Source: a virus | Direction: 5' to 3' (one strand) | IMG/VR virus record: IMGVR_UViG_3300032285_004073 | Span: 96,001 to 160,000 of that record | Length of the DNA stretch: 64,000 bases | Shown here: positions 1-9,964 of the stretch, in pieces | How the letters are laid out: each line of letters starts with the position of its first letter | Position numbering within the stretch: position 1 is the stretch's first letter | Position numbers and translations under genes: made by a program | Notes under the pieces: generated by a model | Told to the model about the DNA's origin: nothing | What the model saw: only the letters and a program-made list of their open reading frames with translations | Databases searched by the model: none

Positions 1-54
1 AATTTTTTGTTCTGGTTTGACAACAATATATTGTGTTGGTATTGTAATTTCCAT
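1..54 (-). CDS. Partial gene running off the left edge (N-terminus MEITIPTQYIVVKPEQKI)
   Basis: ATG at 54-52, open to position 1, preceded by a TAAATA late-promoter-like box (64-69); not in the ORF track. Confidence 0.6.
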   Translation of the reverse strand, partial: MEITIPTQYIVVKPEQKI

Positions 55-71
55 ATTTTTTAATATTTATA

Positions 72-1733
72 CTAGCTAGGATAATATGGCACCATTCCAA
101 GATAATAACCGTTAGCATCGTAAATAGGAAATTTGCCTATTGGTCCGCCATTTGGATAACTAGAATAATATGTACATACACCAATATTTCCCATAACTCT
201 TAAATTGTTTACATAGGTAACATTACATTCACTACCAACCGACATATTACTACCTATAACAAATATATTTTCACCAGAACTAATTGTATTATTACTTCCT
301 AATATACCGGTATTAGTTGAGAAATGTATATAATTATTTTCTCCTCCTAATATGGTAGACTTATCCCCTCCTGTATGATTATTTTTTCCACCAAGAATAC
401 TTGAATAAGTGGCTATTATTCTATTTTTTCTTCCACCACCTACAAAAGAATAGTGCCCATAAGCTTCATTATAACATCCGCCTACAACAGCTGAATGTCC
501 CAACCAGGTTTTATTATATTTTCCCCCTCCGATAAAAGAATAATCTCCTGTAGCAATATTACATCTACCTCCAAATACAGATGAAGCCCAGGTGCAAGCA
601 ACATTTCCAGCTCCACCTCCTATAGTTGAAAATCTACCATAAGCGGTATTATAGGCTCCACCACTTATAGTTGTTTCATATCCACAAGCATTATTACAAT
701 AGCCCCCTTGAATAACAGAATATTTTCCGTCATAACAATCACACCCACCTATTATACAATTATATTTACCTCCACCTATTATGCTGCAATTTCTCCAAAT
801 AGCATTATTTCCTCCACCAATAATAGCAGACCCAGCACCCTCACCAATAGTATTGCACATACCTCCTAATATTATAGATAAAGGATCTGTACATATATTG
901 TTACAACATCCACCTCCAATATATGAACAATCCGCGTGTGTACAGTTAAAAGCTCCTCCTCCTATAAAAGAGTACCAACCAGAAGCGCTATTAGCTGTTC
1001 CTCCGACAACACTAGAATAATCTCCAGAAACTGTATTACCCCCTCCACCTCCTGCATGTGATGCATATCCCAGAGCACTATTGGTATTGCCACCTGCTAC
1101 AGTAGCAAAACTTATACAAGCCCTGTTATGTGCCCCTCCCCCAACACTAGCAAAATCACCAAAAGTAACATTATTATATCCGCCCGCAATATTAGAATAA
1201 CATCCATCAGCAGTATTAGAGTCCCCTCCTCCTATACTAGCATAATTACAACAGGCTTTATTATAAGATCCTCCTGCTATATTAGATACACGCCCATAAG
1301 TAGTGTTGCGACAACCACCAGATATATTAGAATATTCTACAGAAGCATTATTAGAAGCTCCACCAGCAACATTAGAATAATCGCAAGTAGTATTACCGAA
1401 ACCCCCGGCAATATTAGAATAAATTCCAGAAGCGGTATTAACAACCCCACCTGCAATATTAGAATAACACCCACTAGTTGTGTTGCTTCCATATATTGGT
1501 AATATTCTTGTGTTATCAGCACCATATTTATAAACTATACTACTTAGTCTAGCAAATATAGATCCTGTGATTTTAGTATCTGCTAAAGATGTAATCCAAG
1601 AAGGATTAGAATAAGAATTGTTGGTATAAACATTATTAGATCCTAATAATACACCATTAGCATATACAGCAGTTGCTGCAGAAATAGTACCAAATACAGT
1701 TAATGCTTGAGGTATTTTAAAAGTAAGTGCCAT
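72..1733 (-). CDS. Putative tail fibre/adhesin with about 14-aa S-x-I-x-GG-x-x-N beta-repeats, Cys-rich
   Basis: 553-aa ORF with long array of (Y/F)SxIxGGxxN repeats, capping motif NVTYVNNL and short C-terminal GKFPIYDANGYYLGMVPYY domain; lies among virion genes. Confidence 0.7.
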   Translation of the reverse strand: MALTFKIPQALTVFGTISAATAVYANGVLLGSNNVYTNNSYSNPSWITSLADTKITGSIFARLSSIVYKYGADNTRILPIYGSNTTSGCYSNIAGGVVNTASGIYSNIAGGFGNTTCDYSNVAGGASNNASVEYSNISGGCRNTTYGRVSNIAGGSYNKACCNYASIGGGDSNTADGCYSNIAGGYNNVTFGDFASVGGGAHNRACISFATVAGGNTNSALGYASHAGGGGGNTVSGDYSSVVGGTANSASGWYSFIGGGAFNCTHADCSYIGGGCCNNICTDPLSIILGGMCNTIGEGAGSAIIGGGNNAIWRNCSIIGGGKYNCIIGGCDCYDGKYSVIQGGYCNNACGYETTISGGAYNTAYGRFSTIGGGAGNVACTWASSVFGGRCNIATGDYSFIGGGKYNKTWLGHSAVVGGCYNEAYGHYSFVGGGRKNRIIATYSSILGGKNNHTGGDKSTILGGENNYIHFSTNTGILGSNNTISSGENIFVIGSNMSVGSECNVTYVNNLRVMGNIGVCTYYSSYPNGGPIGKFPIYDANGYYLGMVPYYPS

Positions 1734-1747
1734 AATAATATTTAAGT

Positions 1748-1794
1748 ATATTTACAACCCATTTAGAAGTTAACACTAAACAGGTTGCAAATAT
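1748..1794 (-). other. Intergenic 19-bp RNA stem-loop
   Basis: 1748-1766 pairs with 1776-1794; 16 Watson-Crick pairs plus three positions that are G-U on the minus (sense) strand; 9-nt loop. Confidence 0.75.
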
Positions 1795-3482
1795 TATACT
1801 AAAGTTGAGACTAAAACACTGCCGTAATATAAATTAGAACCCCCAACAAAAGGTACATATATTGATAAAACATTCGTTGTATGGTTTGTAACTATATCAA
1901 TAAAATTTGTATTTAAAATATTAGAAGGGTCTATTACACCATATACCGTACCAACCCAATTGGTAGTTGCTGGATCATAATTAACCAACAATTCAAATAA
2001 AGCCGATGCGGTTCCACCACTAGCTCCCTGAGAAACTCTCACAACGTATTTTGCAGCTTTATAAATTGATGTAGAAAAATTAAAAGTATCTATATATAAT
2101 GATGTACCAGAAGCAGTAGTACCACTATAGACCGCAGAATCAGATTTAGCTGTACCACTATTAATAGTATTTGGAGTCAATGTACCTACAGTAACATCAC
2201 CAAACTGAGCACTGCTATTTGTATTTAAATTTAATTGAGTAGCAATTGCACTAAATGTTACTGCAGCATAATTTACACCGGTACTAGCTGAATTATTACC
2301 AAGTACAGAATAGGCAGTAGTGGCATTGACTAATTTTGGTAATGTTACTGCATTATTAGCAATTGTTAATGGAAGAGTGACTGCAGCGGATCCATTAAAT
2401 GCTTGTGCAGAATCAGTTGTTACGTCGCCAGTAGCTGTAAAGTTACGAGAGGTTTGTAAAGTTGTTGCTGTTGTAGCATTACCAGTATGAGAACCAGATG
2501 TATTAGCAACAAGGGTGTCAATTGTTTTTGTATTTGACGCTACTGAATTTGCACTAGGCTCTGTAACCATACTACTGAAGAGATACCAATTTTTTGTACT
2601 ATTACTTCTTAGTAAACCAGTATGAGCATAAGAACCAGAAACATAATGTCCAGCAAAACCGATGTCTAAAGAATCCGAAGGATTGGATTCTCCCATATAA
2701 ACTATTGGAGCGTTAATTACAAGTTCTCCTTGTACTAATTGTATTGCTGAGCCTCCAAAATATAAACTTCCGGCAACACTAAGATCTTGCCCAACACTAA
2801 CACTTCCAGTAAAATTAGCAGATGCTGCTTGGAATGATGCGGCGGTTGTAACAATACCTGTTCCATTGGGACTTAAAGTAATATTACCATTTGATGCAGT
2901 TGAAATTGTAATACCAGAAGAACCTGTGATATTACCAACGCCTGTTAAATTTCCTATAATATCTTGAGTTCCATTAAATGTTTGTCCCCATAATGTATGA
3001 GAAGTTGTAAGAGATGCAGCACTGCCTGTTGTATTTTGGTTTAATGTTGGAACATCTGATGCTTGAATTGCAGACATTGTTACATTTGTACCATTACCTC
3101 TTAAATAATAAGTATTTGTTGTTGCACCTGCTAAAGCATTAATAGCACCTTGAGCTGTAGTAGCACCCGTGCCACCATATCCTAAACCGATTGTATTACC
3201 ATTCCATGTACCAGAAGCAATTGTACCAACTGTTGTTAAACTGGAACTACCAGCAAGCGGAGACGCTCCAATTGTATTATAAGATACAGTTTTCGCAGAA
3301 GACCCATCAAATGTTAAACCCGATGCTCCACCACTACCTCCATTGTTAAAGGTAATTGCATTTGGAGTCGCAGCACCAGCACCAGCAGCTGCAAATATAC
3401 TTGTAAGATTAGTGCCAGCAGATAGTATATTTCCTAAAGTGTTAAAATTATTTTTAACTAAGAAAGTTTGATTTAAAGCCAT
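1794..3482 (-). CDS. Putative tail fibre / virion structural protein (Thr/Gly/Ala/Ser-rich, no Cys)
   Basis: 562 aa; fibre-like motifs (GGTGATTA, LWGQTFNGT, ATTATTLQTSRNF); C-terminal IDTF..AAKYVVRV domain resembling that of marine/freshwater T4-like virion proteins. Confidence 0.7.
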   Translation of the reverse strand: MALNQTFLVKNNFNTLGNILSAGTNLTSIFAAAGAGAATPNAITFNNGGSGGASGLTFDGSSAKTVSYNTIGASPLAGSSSLTTVGTIASGTWNGNTIGLGYGGTGATTAQGAINALAGATTNTYYLRGNGTNVTMSAIQASDVPTLNQNTTGSAASLTTSHTLWGQTFNGTQDIIGNLTGVGNITGSSGITISTASNGNITLSPNGTGIVTTAASFQAASANFTGSVSVGQDLSVAGSLYFGGSAIQLVQGELVINAPIVYMGESNPSDSLDIGFAGHYVSGSYAHTGLLRSNSTKNWYLFSSMVTEPSANSVASNTKTIDTLVANTSGSHTGNATTATTLQTSRNFTATGDVTTDSAQAFNGSAAVTLPLTIANNAVTLPKLVNATTAYSVLGNNSASTGVNYAAVTFSAIATQLNLNTNSSAQFGDVTVGTLTPNTINSGTAKSDSAVYSGTTASGTSLYIDTFNFSTSIYKAAKYVVRVSQGASGGTASALFELLVNYDPATTNWVGTVYGVIDPSNILNTNFIDIVTNHTTNVLSIYVPFVGGSNLYYGSVLVSTLV

Positions 3483-3515
3483 ATATGTATATATTTATGT
3501 ATTAAAAGGTCTTAA

Positions 3516-4508
3516 TTATGATTTATAATGATTAGTTCTTAAACCCTTTATAATAAGGTAATCTGTATTGTTATTGTTATGTTCTGCTATATAATTTATA
3601 TATAAATATAATATACCAGCACTTACCTGTACACTATAACCTAATACGTTATTAAGATCATTGATTTGCCCGTATTCACTTACAACCCCATTTTGGTTAA
3701 TCGTAGACCCTACCACATTTAATTCAGAATAATATATACTTTGATCAAAATTTGTTCCCACCTGCAATGTATATTTTGATGTAGCAAAATCAGATAAGAA
3801 AAAATGATCAACAATCATAGAATTACCAGAAGATAAAGGCACAGTAACGTATATAGGAGAAAACGGATTTGCATTTATTTCTAAATAATGATCTGGATTA
3901 GATGTATCAGTTCCAGCAAATGTATAAACTTTCCCATTATATAAGGTAACATTAAAACCTTTAGCTAAACCACTTGGATGTGAAGCGGCAAATTCTTTAA
4001 TAGTAGTATAAACATTCGAAGCGGATATATTGGAATAAGATAAGCTTGAAAGTGAAACTGTATTAGAATTAGATATACTTAAATTATTAGTTACATTATC
4101 AAAATTTAATGTTTGTGTAGCAACAGTTTGCCAATTAGCGCTCAGAGTGTTTACACTATTATAAACAGAATTCCAATTACCACTTAAATTATTAACTATA
4201 AATGAAACACTATCCCAATTTCCGTATTTTGTTAATATAAAATTATTTAAAACATTAAACGCAGAAAGATCTGCCTTTAATAATAGGGCTGTTAAAGTAG
4301 CATGAGAAATGGGTTTATTATAATCACTGGTGTTATTAACTAAACCCAAACCCAAATCATTAGGTGTTAAAACAACAATACCGATTTTTCCATTAACACT
4401 TAAAACAGCTGTTCCCTGGTTAACAAAAATTTGATCATTTGTAGTGTTTTGATTTATATTTAAAAATTGACCATTTACAATTTCATTTATGGTTATCTGA
4501 TCACTCAT
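3516..4508 (-). CDS. Virion structural protein with LSxNW helical repeats
   Basis: 330 aa; VLSVNGKIGIVVL fibre motif, NLSGNW/TLSANW 14-aa repeat, C-terminal D-x-F..SKY..SE..EYG domain similar to that of 1794..3482. Confidence 0.6.
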   Translation of the reverse strand: MSDQITINEIVNGQFLNINQNTTNDQIFVNQGTAVLSVNGKIGIVVLTPNDLGLGLVNNTSDYNKPISHATLTALLLKADLSAFNVLNNFILTKYGNWDSVSFIVNNLSGNWNSVYNSVNTLSANWQTVATQTLNFDNVTNNLSISNSNTVSLSSLSYSNISASNVYTTIKEFAASHPSGLAKGFNVTLYNGKVYTFAGTDTSNPDHYLEINANPFSPIYVTVPLSSGNSMIVDHFFLSDFATSKYTLQVGTNFDQSIYYSELNVVGSTINQNGVVSEYGQINDLNNVLGYSVQVSAGILYLYINYIAEHNNNNTDYLIIKGLRTNHYKS

Positions 4509-4512
4509 TTTA

Positions 4513-4851
4513 TCATGTGTATTTAACTACTGGCCAAATTCCAGTTACAAAAGTATCTTTTTGTCCGGAAGATAATGTTACTTTTATTGTATAAACGTAA
4601 TTTGCTGGAGGTATATCTACTATTTGTGGTGGTACCACAATTATTCCTGCTGATGCAGGTTGAGAAATAACCATAGTACCATTTGAAGTACTAAAAAAAG
4701 CAACTGTAGGAGCATCTAATTGAAATTTTACTTTCATTTCAGCATAAGCACCTGTAAGATCCAATGCTGAATTATCTCTAGTTATCGTAACTCCGCTTAT
4801 ACCATTCCAAGTATCTCCCGCTATATATTGAGATAAATTATACGTTTCCAT
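4513..4851 (-). CDS. BppU-N-like baseplate/fibre attachment protein
   Basis: 112 aa; GDTW..LDLTGAYAEM..Y.Y.I.....G...T...G pattern typical of the BppU N-terminal-like Ig fold. Confidence 0.55.
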   Translation of the reverse strand: METYNLSQYIAGDTWNGISGVTITRDNSALDLTGAYAEMKVKFQLDAPTVAFFSTSNGTMVISQPASAGIIVVPPQIVDIPPANYVYTIKVTLSSGQKDTFVTGIWPVVKYT

Positions 4852-4889
4852 TACGTAATATTTATCCTTATAGAAACTTTATTTTACTT

Positions 4890-6755
4890 TTAAGTTTCTG
4901 GTGGTGTTTCTGGAGTATTAGGGGCTGGAGTTGCTTCTGGTGTACCTTCACCTGTCTCTGGAGTTTCTGGTGTCTCTGGAGTTTCTGGTGTTTCAGGTGT
5001 TGTTTGGCCAAATTCCGGAATTTCTGAAGATGTTGAGCCACCTCCTCCTTCACCGCCTTCACCACCACTATTTTCCACATTAGCAGCGGTAGCTTCTGCA
5101 GCTTCTAAATGTTCTCTCCAATTAGGACCATTAGATTCAATTTGACTTAATTCCCAATTAAGAGCCGCATCTTTGCGCAACCATTCCATGTTTTCTGAAA
5201 TTTTAGCATCAGAATAATCGAGATAATGACGCTGTGCAAACGTATTAGAAATGCTTTCATTATTACTCAAATCACTAAAATTCTTTTGTTTTAATTCAAA
5301 AAGTTGTTGTTGACGTATAGCAAAGAAATTAGAAGGAGGATTGAAATCTAAATTAATATAAGACTCATGCAACCTTAATTCTTTCCACCAACCTCTTAAT
5401 TTTAAATGTGATACGAAAGCATTCTTTAATCCTTGTGCAAATTGATATTGCAAAGAAATAATAAATTTAGCAAAACGTAATTCTTCTCTAAGAATTTCCG
5501 ATCCGTCCTTAAACGGTTCATTGGGATTAAGTCTTGTAAGAGGTACTTTAAGACTCTTGTATAATTTATTAACAAAATACATTAAATCATCCAATTGACC
5601 TAAATTTTGACCTCCTTGCATTACCTCAACATCAGAACCCACTTCTCCGTTTCTTCTTGCAAACCAATAACCATCCAACATAGATTGTGGATTATATATA
5701 TTACCTGTTTTACTCGATGAAGAAGTGTCTTCATAAGTTTGTTTAGACCAAAATTGTTGCATAAGCTGTTTGAGATAAGCTTCTGCTTTTGCTGGAGGCA
5801 TATTACCCACATCAATTTTAAATTTAAGACGCTCCGGAGCTCTAACTAATCTATAGATAATAATAGAATCTTCCAATAATGATAATTGTTTGTATGCTCT
5901 ACGACAATTCTCTAAAAAGGGAATACGAATAGACATATCTTCATTCCACATACCAGAATTAATATAGGTAACCTGATTCCCTTGCAGAGTTAATATTTGC
6001 ATATGCAACGAATTAGTTTGACTAACGTTGCTTTGTTGTTGTGAAAGAGCTCCAGCAGGATTATTCAAGAGACTTGTAGGCTTCTGAAAAATAAAATTTT
6101 CTATAACATTATTTTGTACATTATCATAAACTGGATTAATAAGTTCTCCTGGAATGTTAAGAACACCTATAATACCATAATCCTTCTTTTCATTATGAGT
6201 TATATTTTCAAAAAATACTTCACCTTCTGTTAATAATTGTCTGCAATACCCTCTACCCTTATGTTCTAGATCGTAAATATTGATAAATTTAGCAAATTCT
6301 TTTCTTAATTCATTTTTTTCTTCTTGTGATAAATTTGCAAAAGTAGAAAATCTTAAATGAACAATTTCATGATTTTCATCCTTAACAATGAATTCATCAC
6401 AAATTTCATCCAAACAATCTGCCACTTCAGCAAAGGCACCCATTCGACGATATTCAGCCAGGCGTCGTGTTTTGTCAGTATCTACATTAGCATAGATATA
6501 ACGATGATAAGCTTGGTCTGAACCAAATTTACCCGGTTGATAATAATCTGCATTTAAAGCTGGGCCCGTAATAACCGACTGCTGCATTAATCTAAGATCA
6601 GTTCTTTTTGCTAAACGATCAAAAAGTTCATATTTAGGATTGCCCTGATCTGCACTAACAGCTCCTGCCACGTAAGGTAATCTTTGTAAAATTGAAGCTA
6701 CGAAATTTCTACTAGCATCTGGAACTCTATTTGCTGTTGGAAGAAGGTCTGCCAT
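4890..6755 (-). CDS. gp20: Portal vertex protein (T4 gp20-like)
   Basis: 621 aa; EYRRM, LSLLEDSIIIYRLVRAPERLKFKIDVGNMPPAKAE, DGYWFARR, LYKSLKVPLTRL, ILREELRFAKFI motifs; acidic Pro-rich C-tail. Confidence 0.97.
   Translation of the reverse strand: MADLLPTANRVPDASRNFVASILQRLPYVAGAVSADQGNPKYELFDRLAKRTDLRLMQQSVITGPALNADYYQPGKFGSDQAYHRYIYANVDTDKTRRLAEYRRMGAFAEVADCLDEICDEFIVKDENHEIVHLRFSTFANLSQEEKNELRKEFAKFINIYDLEHKGRGYCRQLLTEGEVFFENITHNEKKDYGIIGVLNIPGELINPVYDNVQNNVIENFIFQKPTSLLNNPAGALSQQQSNVSQTNSLHMQILTLQGNQVTYINSGMWNEDMSIRIPFLENCRRAYKQLSLLEDSIIIYRLVRAPERLKFKIDVGNMPPAKAEAYLKQLMQQFWSKQTYEDTSSSSKTGNIYNPQSMLDGYWFARRNGEVGSDVEVMQGGQNLGQLDDLMYFVNKLYKSLKVPLTRLNPNEPFKDGSEILREELRFAKFIISLQYQFAQGLKNAFVSHLKLRGWWKELRLHESYINLDFNPPSNFFAIRQQQLFELKQKNFSDLSNNESISNTFAQRHYLDYSDAKISENMEWLRKDAALNWELSQIESNGPNWREHLEAAEATAANVENSGGEGGEGGGGSTSSEIPEFGQTTPETPETPETPETPETGEGTPEATPAPNTPETPPET
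4954..5000 (-). repeat. Degenerate 9-nt tandem repeat encoding TPETPETPETPET in the portal C-terminus
   Basis: tctctggag/tttctggtg units in tandem. Confidence 0.8.
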
Positions 6756-6856
6756 GATATTATAATTTATTTATTATAGTTTACTTACTATCAACCATCA
6801 ACTTATTATATAAAATAGTTTAAAAATACAAATTTTAACCCTAAATAAATTATATT

Positions 6857-7189
6857 ATGAGTAAATTTTTAGATTTAGTTTATGCAACCCATCCTTTATT
6901 AAAGGAAGAAGACGAAACAAATATTGATAAGGTTGATGAACCCCTCCCTACATCAAGCAAAGAAGATTCAGCACTTCCTTCACCTAAAGATAAATCCACA
7001 GAAGTTCAATTAGTAGGATTAGCTAAGACTGCTTTATTCATTGATAAATCTCATTTAGAAGAGAGTAATCCATCAGCTCGTACTATTATTAACAGAATAT
7101 CTCAAATAGATCCTATAGATATTACTAATGTAGATCAAGTACAAAAGTTATTAGAAGAATTAATAGCTCTGGTAGAAATGCCATCGTAA
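6857..7189 (+). CDS. Hypothetical acidic late protein (possible head-internal protein)
   Basis: 110-aa ORF, TAAATA at 6842-6847, N-terminus MSKFLDLV..LLKEE. Confidence 0.7.
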   Translation: MSKFLDLVYATHPLLKEEDETNIDKVDEPLPTSSKEDSALPSPKDKSTEVQLVGLAKTALFIDKSHLEESNPSARTIINRISQIDPIDITNVDQVQKLLEELIALVEMPS

Positions 7190-7194
7190 TATAG

Positions 7195-7222
7195 TTGATA
7201 TTAATACCTACTACCATAAAGT
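7195..7222 (+). promoter_or_regulatory. Sigma70-like promoter (TTGATA-N16-TAAAGT)
   Basis: -10 ends 5 nt before ATG 7228. Confidence 0.5.
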
Positions 7223-7227
7223 AGGGT

Positions 7228-7503
7228 ATGACCGAAAAGGTTTATAATCTTAATAATTTAACTCAAAACCAAATTAAATTAATTCTTGAAGCTTTGCTTT
7301 ATGCTGGTTCTGTCGACATTAACAGTGCCTGGTATAAAGAAGAAATAGAAAATATGGTTGATTTGGCTATTGATATTAGAAAAATTTCTTCTAATATTCC
7401 TTTAGAAAGTATATACGCCTTTGAAGAAGAATATTTTGATTCAACTACTAAAAAAATTGTTGAATTCTTTCCAGAGATTTTATATAATAAACCAAATTTA
7501 TGA
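7228..7503 (+). CDS. Hypothetical protein
   Basis: 91-aa ORF, 4-nt overlap with the next gene. Confidence 0.7.
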   Translation: MTEKVYNLNNLTQNQIKLILEALLYAGSVDINSAWYKEEIENMVDLAIDIRKISSNIPLESIYAFEEEYFDSTTKKIVEFFPEILYNKPNL

Positions 7504-8132
7504 AAATAGCTGTTTCAGGTGCTCAAAATACTGGTAAGTCAACTTATATTAAAGACTTTTTAAAAAAATGGACCATGTATGAAACTCCTAAAGAATCCTA
7601 CAGAGATCTTCTTAAGGAAAAAAATTTACCTCATAGTACAGAAGGCAATGAAGAATCTCAAAGAATTATATTAGATTTTCTTATTGATCAGTGTCAAAAA
7701 TATTCTAAAGAAGATAATGTAATTTTTGATAGATGTGTATTAGATAATTTAGCATATTCATCTTGGTTAAATCTTAATGGAAAGGTTTCTGATAAATTTC
7801 TAGATGAATCTAGAATTATTGTAAGAGAAACATTAAGCATGTTTGATATTGTTTTCTTTGTACCTTTAACTAAAGTAGCCCCTATTGATATAGAAGAAGA
7901 TGGATTAAGAAACACAGACCCTGTGTTTAGAGAAGAAATTGATAATATCTTTAAAGTATTTGAACAATCTTACCATCAAGGTGATGGGAGAGTGTTTCCT
8001 AAAAATGACAGTCCTCCTATTATAGAAATTTATGGTAATCCAGAACAAAGAATAATGCTTACAAGTCTTTATATCAATGAAGACGGTAAACAATACGGTG
8101 AAGAAGAAACTTTAATTAAGCCCGCCTTCTAG
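7500..8132 (+). CDS. NadR/AAA_28-type P-loop nucleotide kinase/ATPase
   Basis: Walker A GAQNTGKS at the N-terminus, IFDRCVLDNLAY, EEDGLRNTD motifs. Confidence 0.8.
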   Translation: MKIAVSGAQNTGKSTYIKDFLKKWTMYETPKESYRDLLKEKNLPHSTEGNEESQRIILDFLIDQCQKYSKEDNVIFDRCVLDNLAYSSWLNLNGKVSDKFLDESRIIVRETLSMFDIVFFVPLTKVAPIDIEEDGLRNTDPVFREEIDNIFKVFEQSYHQGDGRVFPKNDSPPIIEIYGNPEQRIMLTSLYINEDGKQYGEEETLIKPAF

Positions 8133-8145
8133 GTAAGTAAAAGAA

Positions 8146-8970
8146 ATGTCTAAATTTAATCTTCTTGTAGAAAATATCTTAACCGATCTTAATGAGGGTC
8201 GTATCCCTAAATCTGCTCAATATTCTAATATTGAAATAGATGCATCTTCATTTGCTTCTAAATTAGAAGCAGGAGACATGAATGAATTTATTGAAGCATG
8301 GTCTTCCAAAAAATGGCTTGGCGGATTGTCTCAAGAAAGAATTAAAGACATTCTTAAAAATATAGCAGACGATTTAACAGAATATCCCCCACGTTCATTT
8401 ACAGAACTTTGGTCTCAAATTGAAACTAAAGTCAGAGATGCTATTCCTACACGCAAAGATCTTGTAGAAAAAATTACAAGACAGATTTCCAATCTATTAA
8501 CTAATCCAGCATTTGGATTGACAAAAACAGTAGAAGCTCCAGCTGCAACAGAACATGAAGGTGAAAAGGAAGAAACTTCAAAGACAGTAACAGATGAAAG
8601 TGAACTTTCAGAAGTTGCAGAAAAAACTTTGGAATATATTCGCCAAGCAGAGGAACCTTCGGAGGAAAGTGATGTTGTAAAATATATTACAAGTTCTTTC
8701 GGAAAAGAAGAAAATGAAGCAAATGATGTTATTAAAGAATTAATTGCTAAGAAATTAGTAGAAAAACAAGGTAATACATTGGTTGCCAAAGAAGAAGAAG
8801 GCGGAGCTATCTTGGATACAGACGAGGAACCAGAAGAAACAGGTGACCCAGTACATGATGCCGAATTACGCAGATCCAGAGCATTAGAATATGATCCAGA
8901 TGTAGAAGCTGCTTATAGAGAGTATCTCTCTACGGATTATTCTTCCGATAATTATAACTACAACGATTGA
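8146..8970 (+). CDS. Acidic hypothetical late protein with a possible winged-helix segment
   Basis: 274 aa; TAAGTA at 8134-8139; ESDVVKYI..EANDVIKELIAKKLVEKQGNTLV resembles a wHTH with wing. Confidence 0.65.
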   Translation: MSKFNLLVENILTDLNEGRIPKSAQYSNIEIDASSFASKLEAGDMNEFIEAWSSKKWLGGLSQERIKDILKNIADDLTEYPPRSFTELWSQIETKVRDAIPTRKDLVEKITRQISNLLTNPAFGLTKTVEAPAATEHEGEKEETSKTVTDESELSEVAEKTLEYIRQAEEPSEESDVVKYITSSFGKEENEANDVIKELIAKKLVEKQGNTLVAKEEEGGAILDTDEEPEETGDPVHDAELRRSRALEYDPDVEAAYREYLSTDYSSDNYNYND

Positions 8971-8995
8971 TATTCCGTTTAATTTATAATATAAT
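8967..8995 (+). promoter_or_regulatory. Sigma70-like promoter (TTGATA-N17-TATAAT)
   Basis: Near-consensus hexamers; GTG start of the primase at 9002, 6 nt after the -10. Confidence 0.75.
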
Positions 8996-9001
8996 ATACA
9001 G

Positions 9002-9964
9002 GTGAGACAATTACCTGGTAGTTATATTTTAAATAAATTTTACACCTATTCAGGTGCGCCTGTGCATAACAAATATACAGGCATATATAATGCTTCGTGT
9101 CCAGTTTGTAGAGAAGGCAAAAGTTTTTTAAAAAAGAAAAGACTATACTATTATCCTACTACTAATACATTTTATTGTTTTCATTGTAGCAAATCTTGGA
9201 ATGCATTTAATTGGATAGAAGCTGTAAGTGGTATGTCTCGAGAGGAGATAGAAGCAGAAGTCTTATCAGGCAATACTTCTTTAGATATAACAGATGATAT
9301 TAAAAATATTAAGACAAAGAAAAGAGAATTACCTTCTTTGCCTTTAGATTCTATTAATCTTTGTGACCCCTTACAAAAACAATATTACGGAACTAATGTT
9401 TATTTTCAAAAAGCACTAGAATATATTACAGAAAGAAAATTAAACACAGCAATTAATCGTAGTTCTTCTTATTTTATAAGTCTTACAGATTATTTTCATA
9501 AAAATAGACTTTGTATACCTTATTATAATAGAGATAAAAAAATTGTATTTTATCAAACAAGATCTTTAGATGGTTCAGAACCTAGATACCTTAACAAAGT
9601 AGGATATGATAAAACTATTTTTGGAATAGACAGGGTAGATACTTCTTTAGATTATTTATTTTTATTCGAAGGTCCTATGGATGCCATGTTTGTAACTAAC
9701 GGAGTATCTGTAGCCGGTCTTGTATTAACCAATGAGCAAGAAAAACAATTAATAGAGTTTCCCTTTCATGAAAAAATCTGGGTTTTGGATAATCCTAGAT
9801 TTGATGAAGCTGCCAAAGATAATATTTATAAATTAGTATCTAACAAACAAAAAGTCTTTAAATGGCCTGCTAATAAACCATATAAAGACTTTAATGAATG
9901 GTGTGTTAAAGAAAATGTAAATTCAATAGATTACAATTTTATTTTAAAAAATTTGTATTCTTAA
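9002..9964 (+). CDS. gp61: DNA primase (T4 gp61-like)
   Basis: Zn finger CPVC..CFHC, RLCIPYY..FYQTR, TOPRIM EGPMDAMF and VLDN, KDFNE; GTG start. Confidence 0.93.
   Translation: MRQLPGSYILNKFYTYSGAPVHNKYTGIYNASCPVCREGKSFLKKKRLYYYPTTNTFYCFHCSKSWNAFNWIEAVSGMSREEIEAEVLSGNTSLDITDDIKNIKTKKRELPSLPLDSINLCDPLQKQYYGTNVYFQKALEYITERKLNTAINRSSSYFISLTDYFHKNRLCIPYYNRDKKIVFYQTRSLDGSEPRYLNKVGYDKTIFGIDRVDTSLDYLFLFEGPMDAMFVTNGVSVAGLVLTNEQEKQLIEFPFHEKIWVLDNPRFDEAAKDNIYKLVSNKQKVFKWPANKPYKDFNEWCVKENVNSIDYNFILKNLYS

Noticed and set aside
1130-1480. About 42-nt periodic motif (gcaatattagaata) resembling a CRISPR array
   Set aside because: The copies are degenerate at synonymous positions and lie in frame within the 553-aa ORF (SNIAGG repeats); there are no unique spacers and no cas genes.
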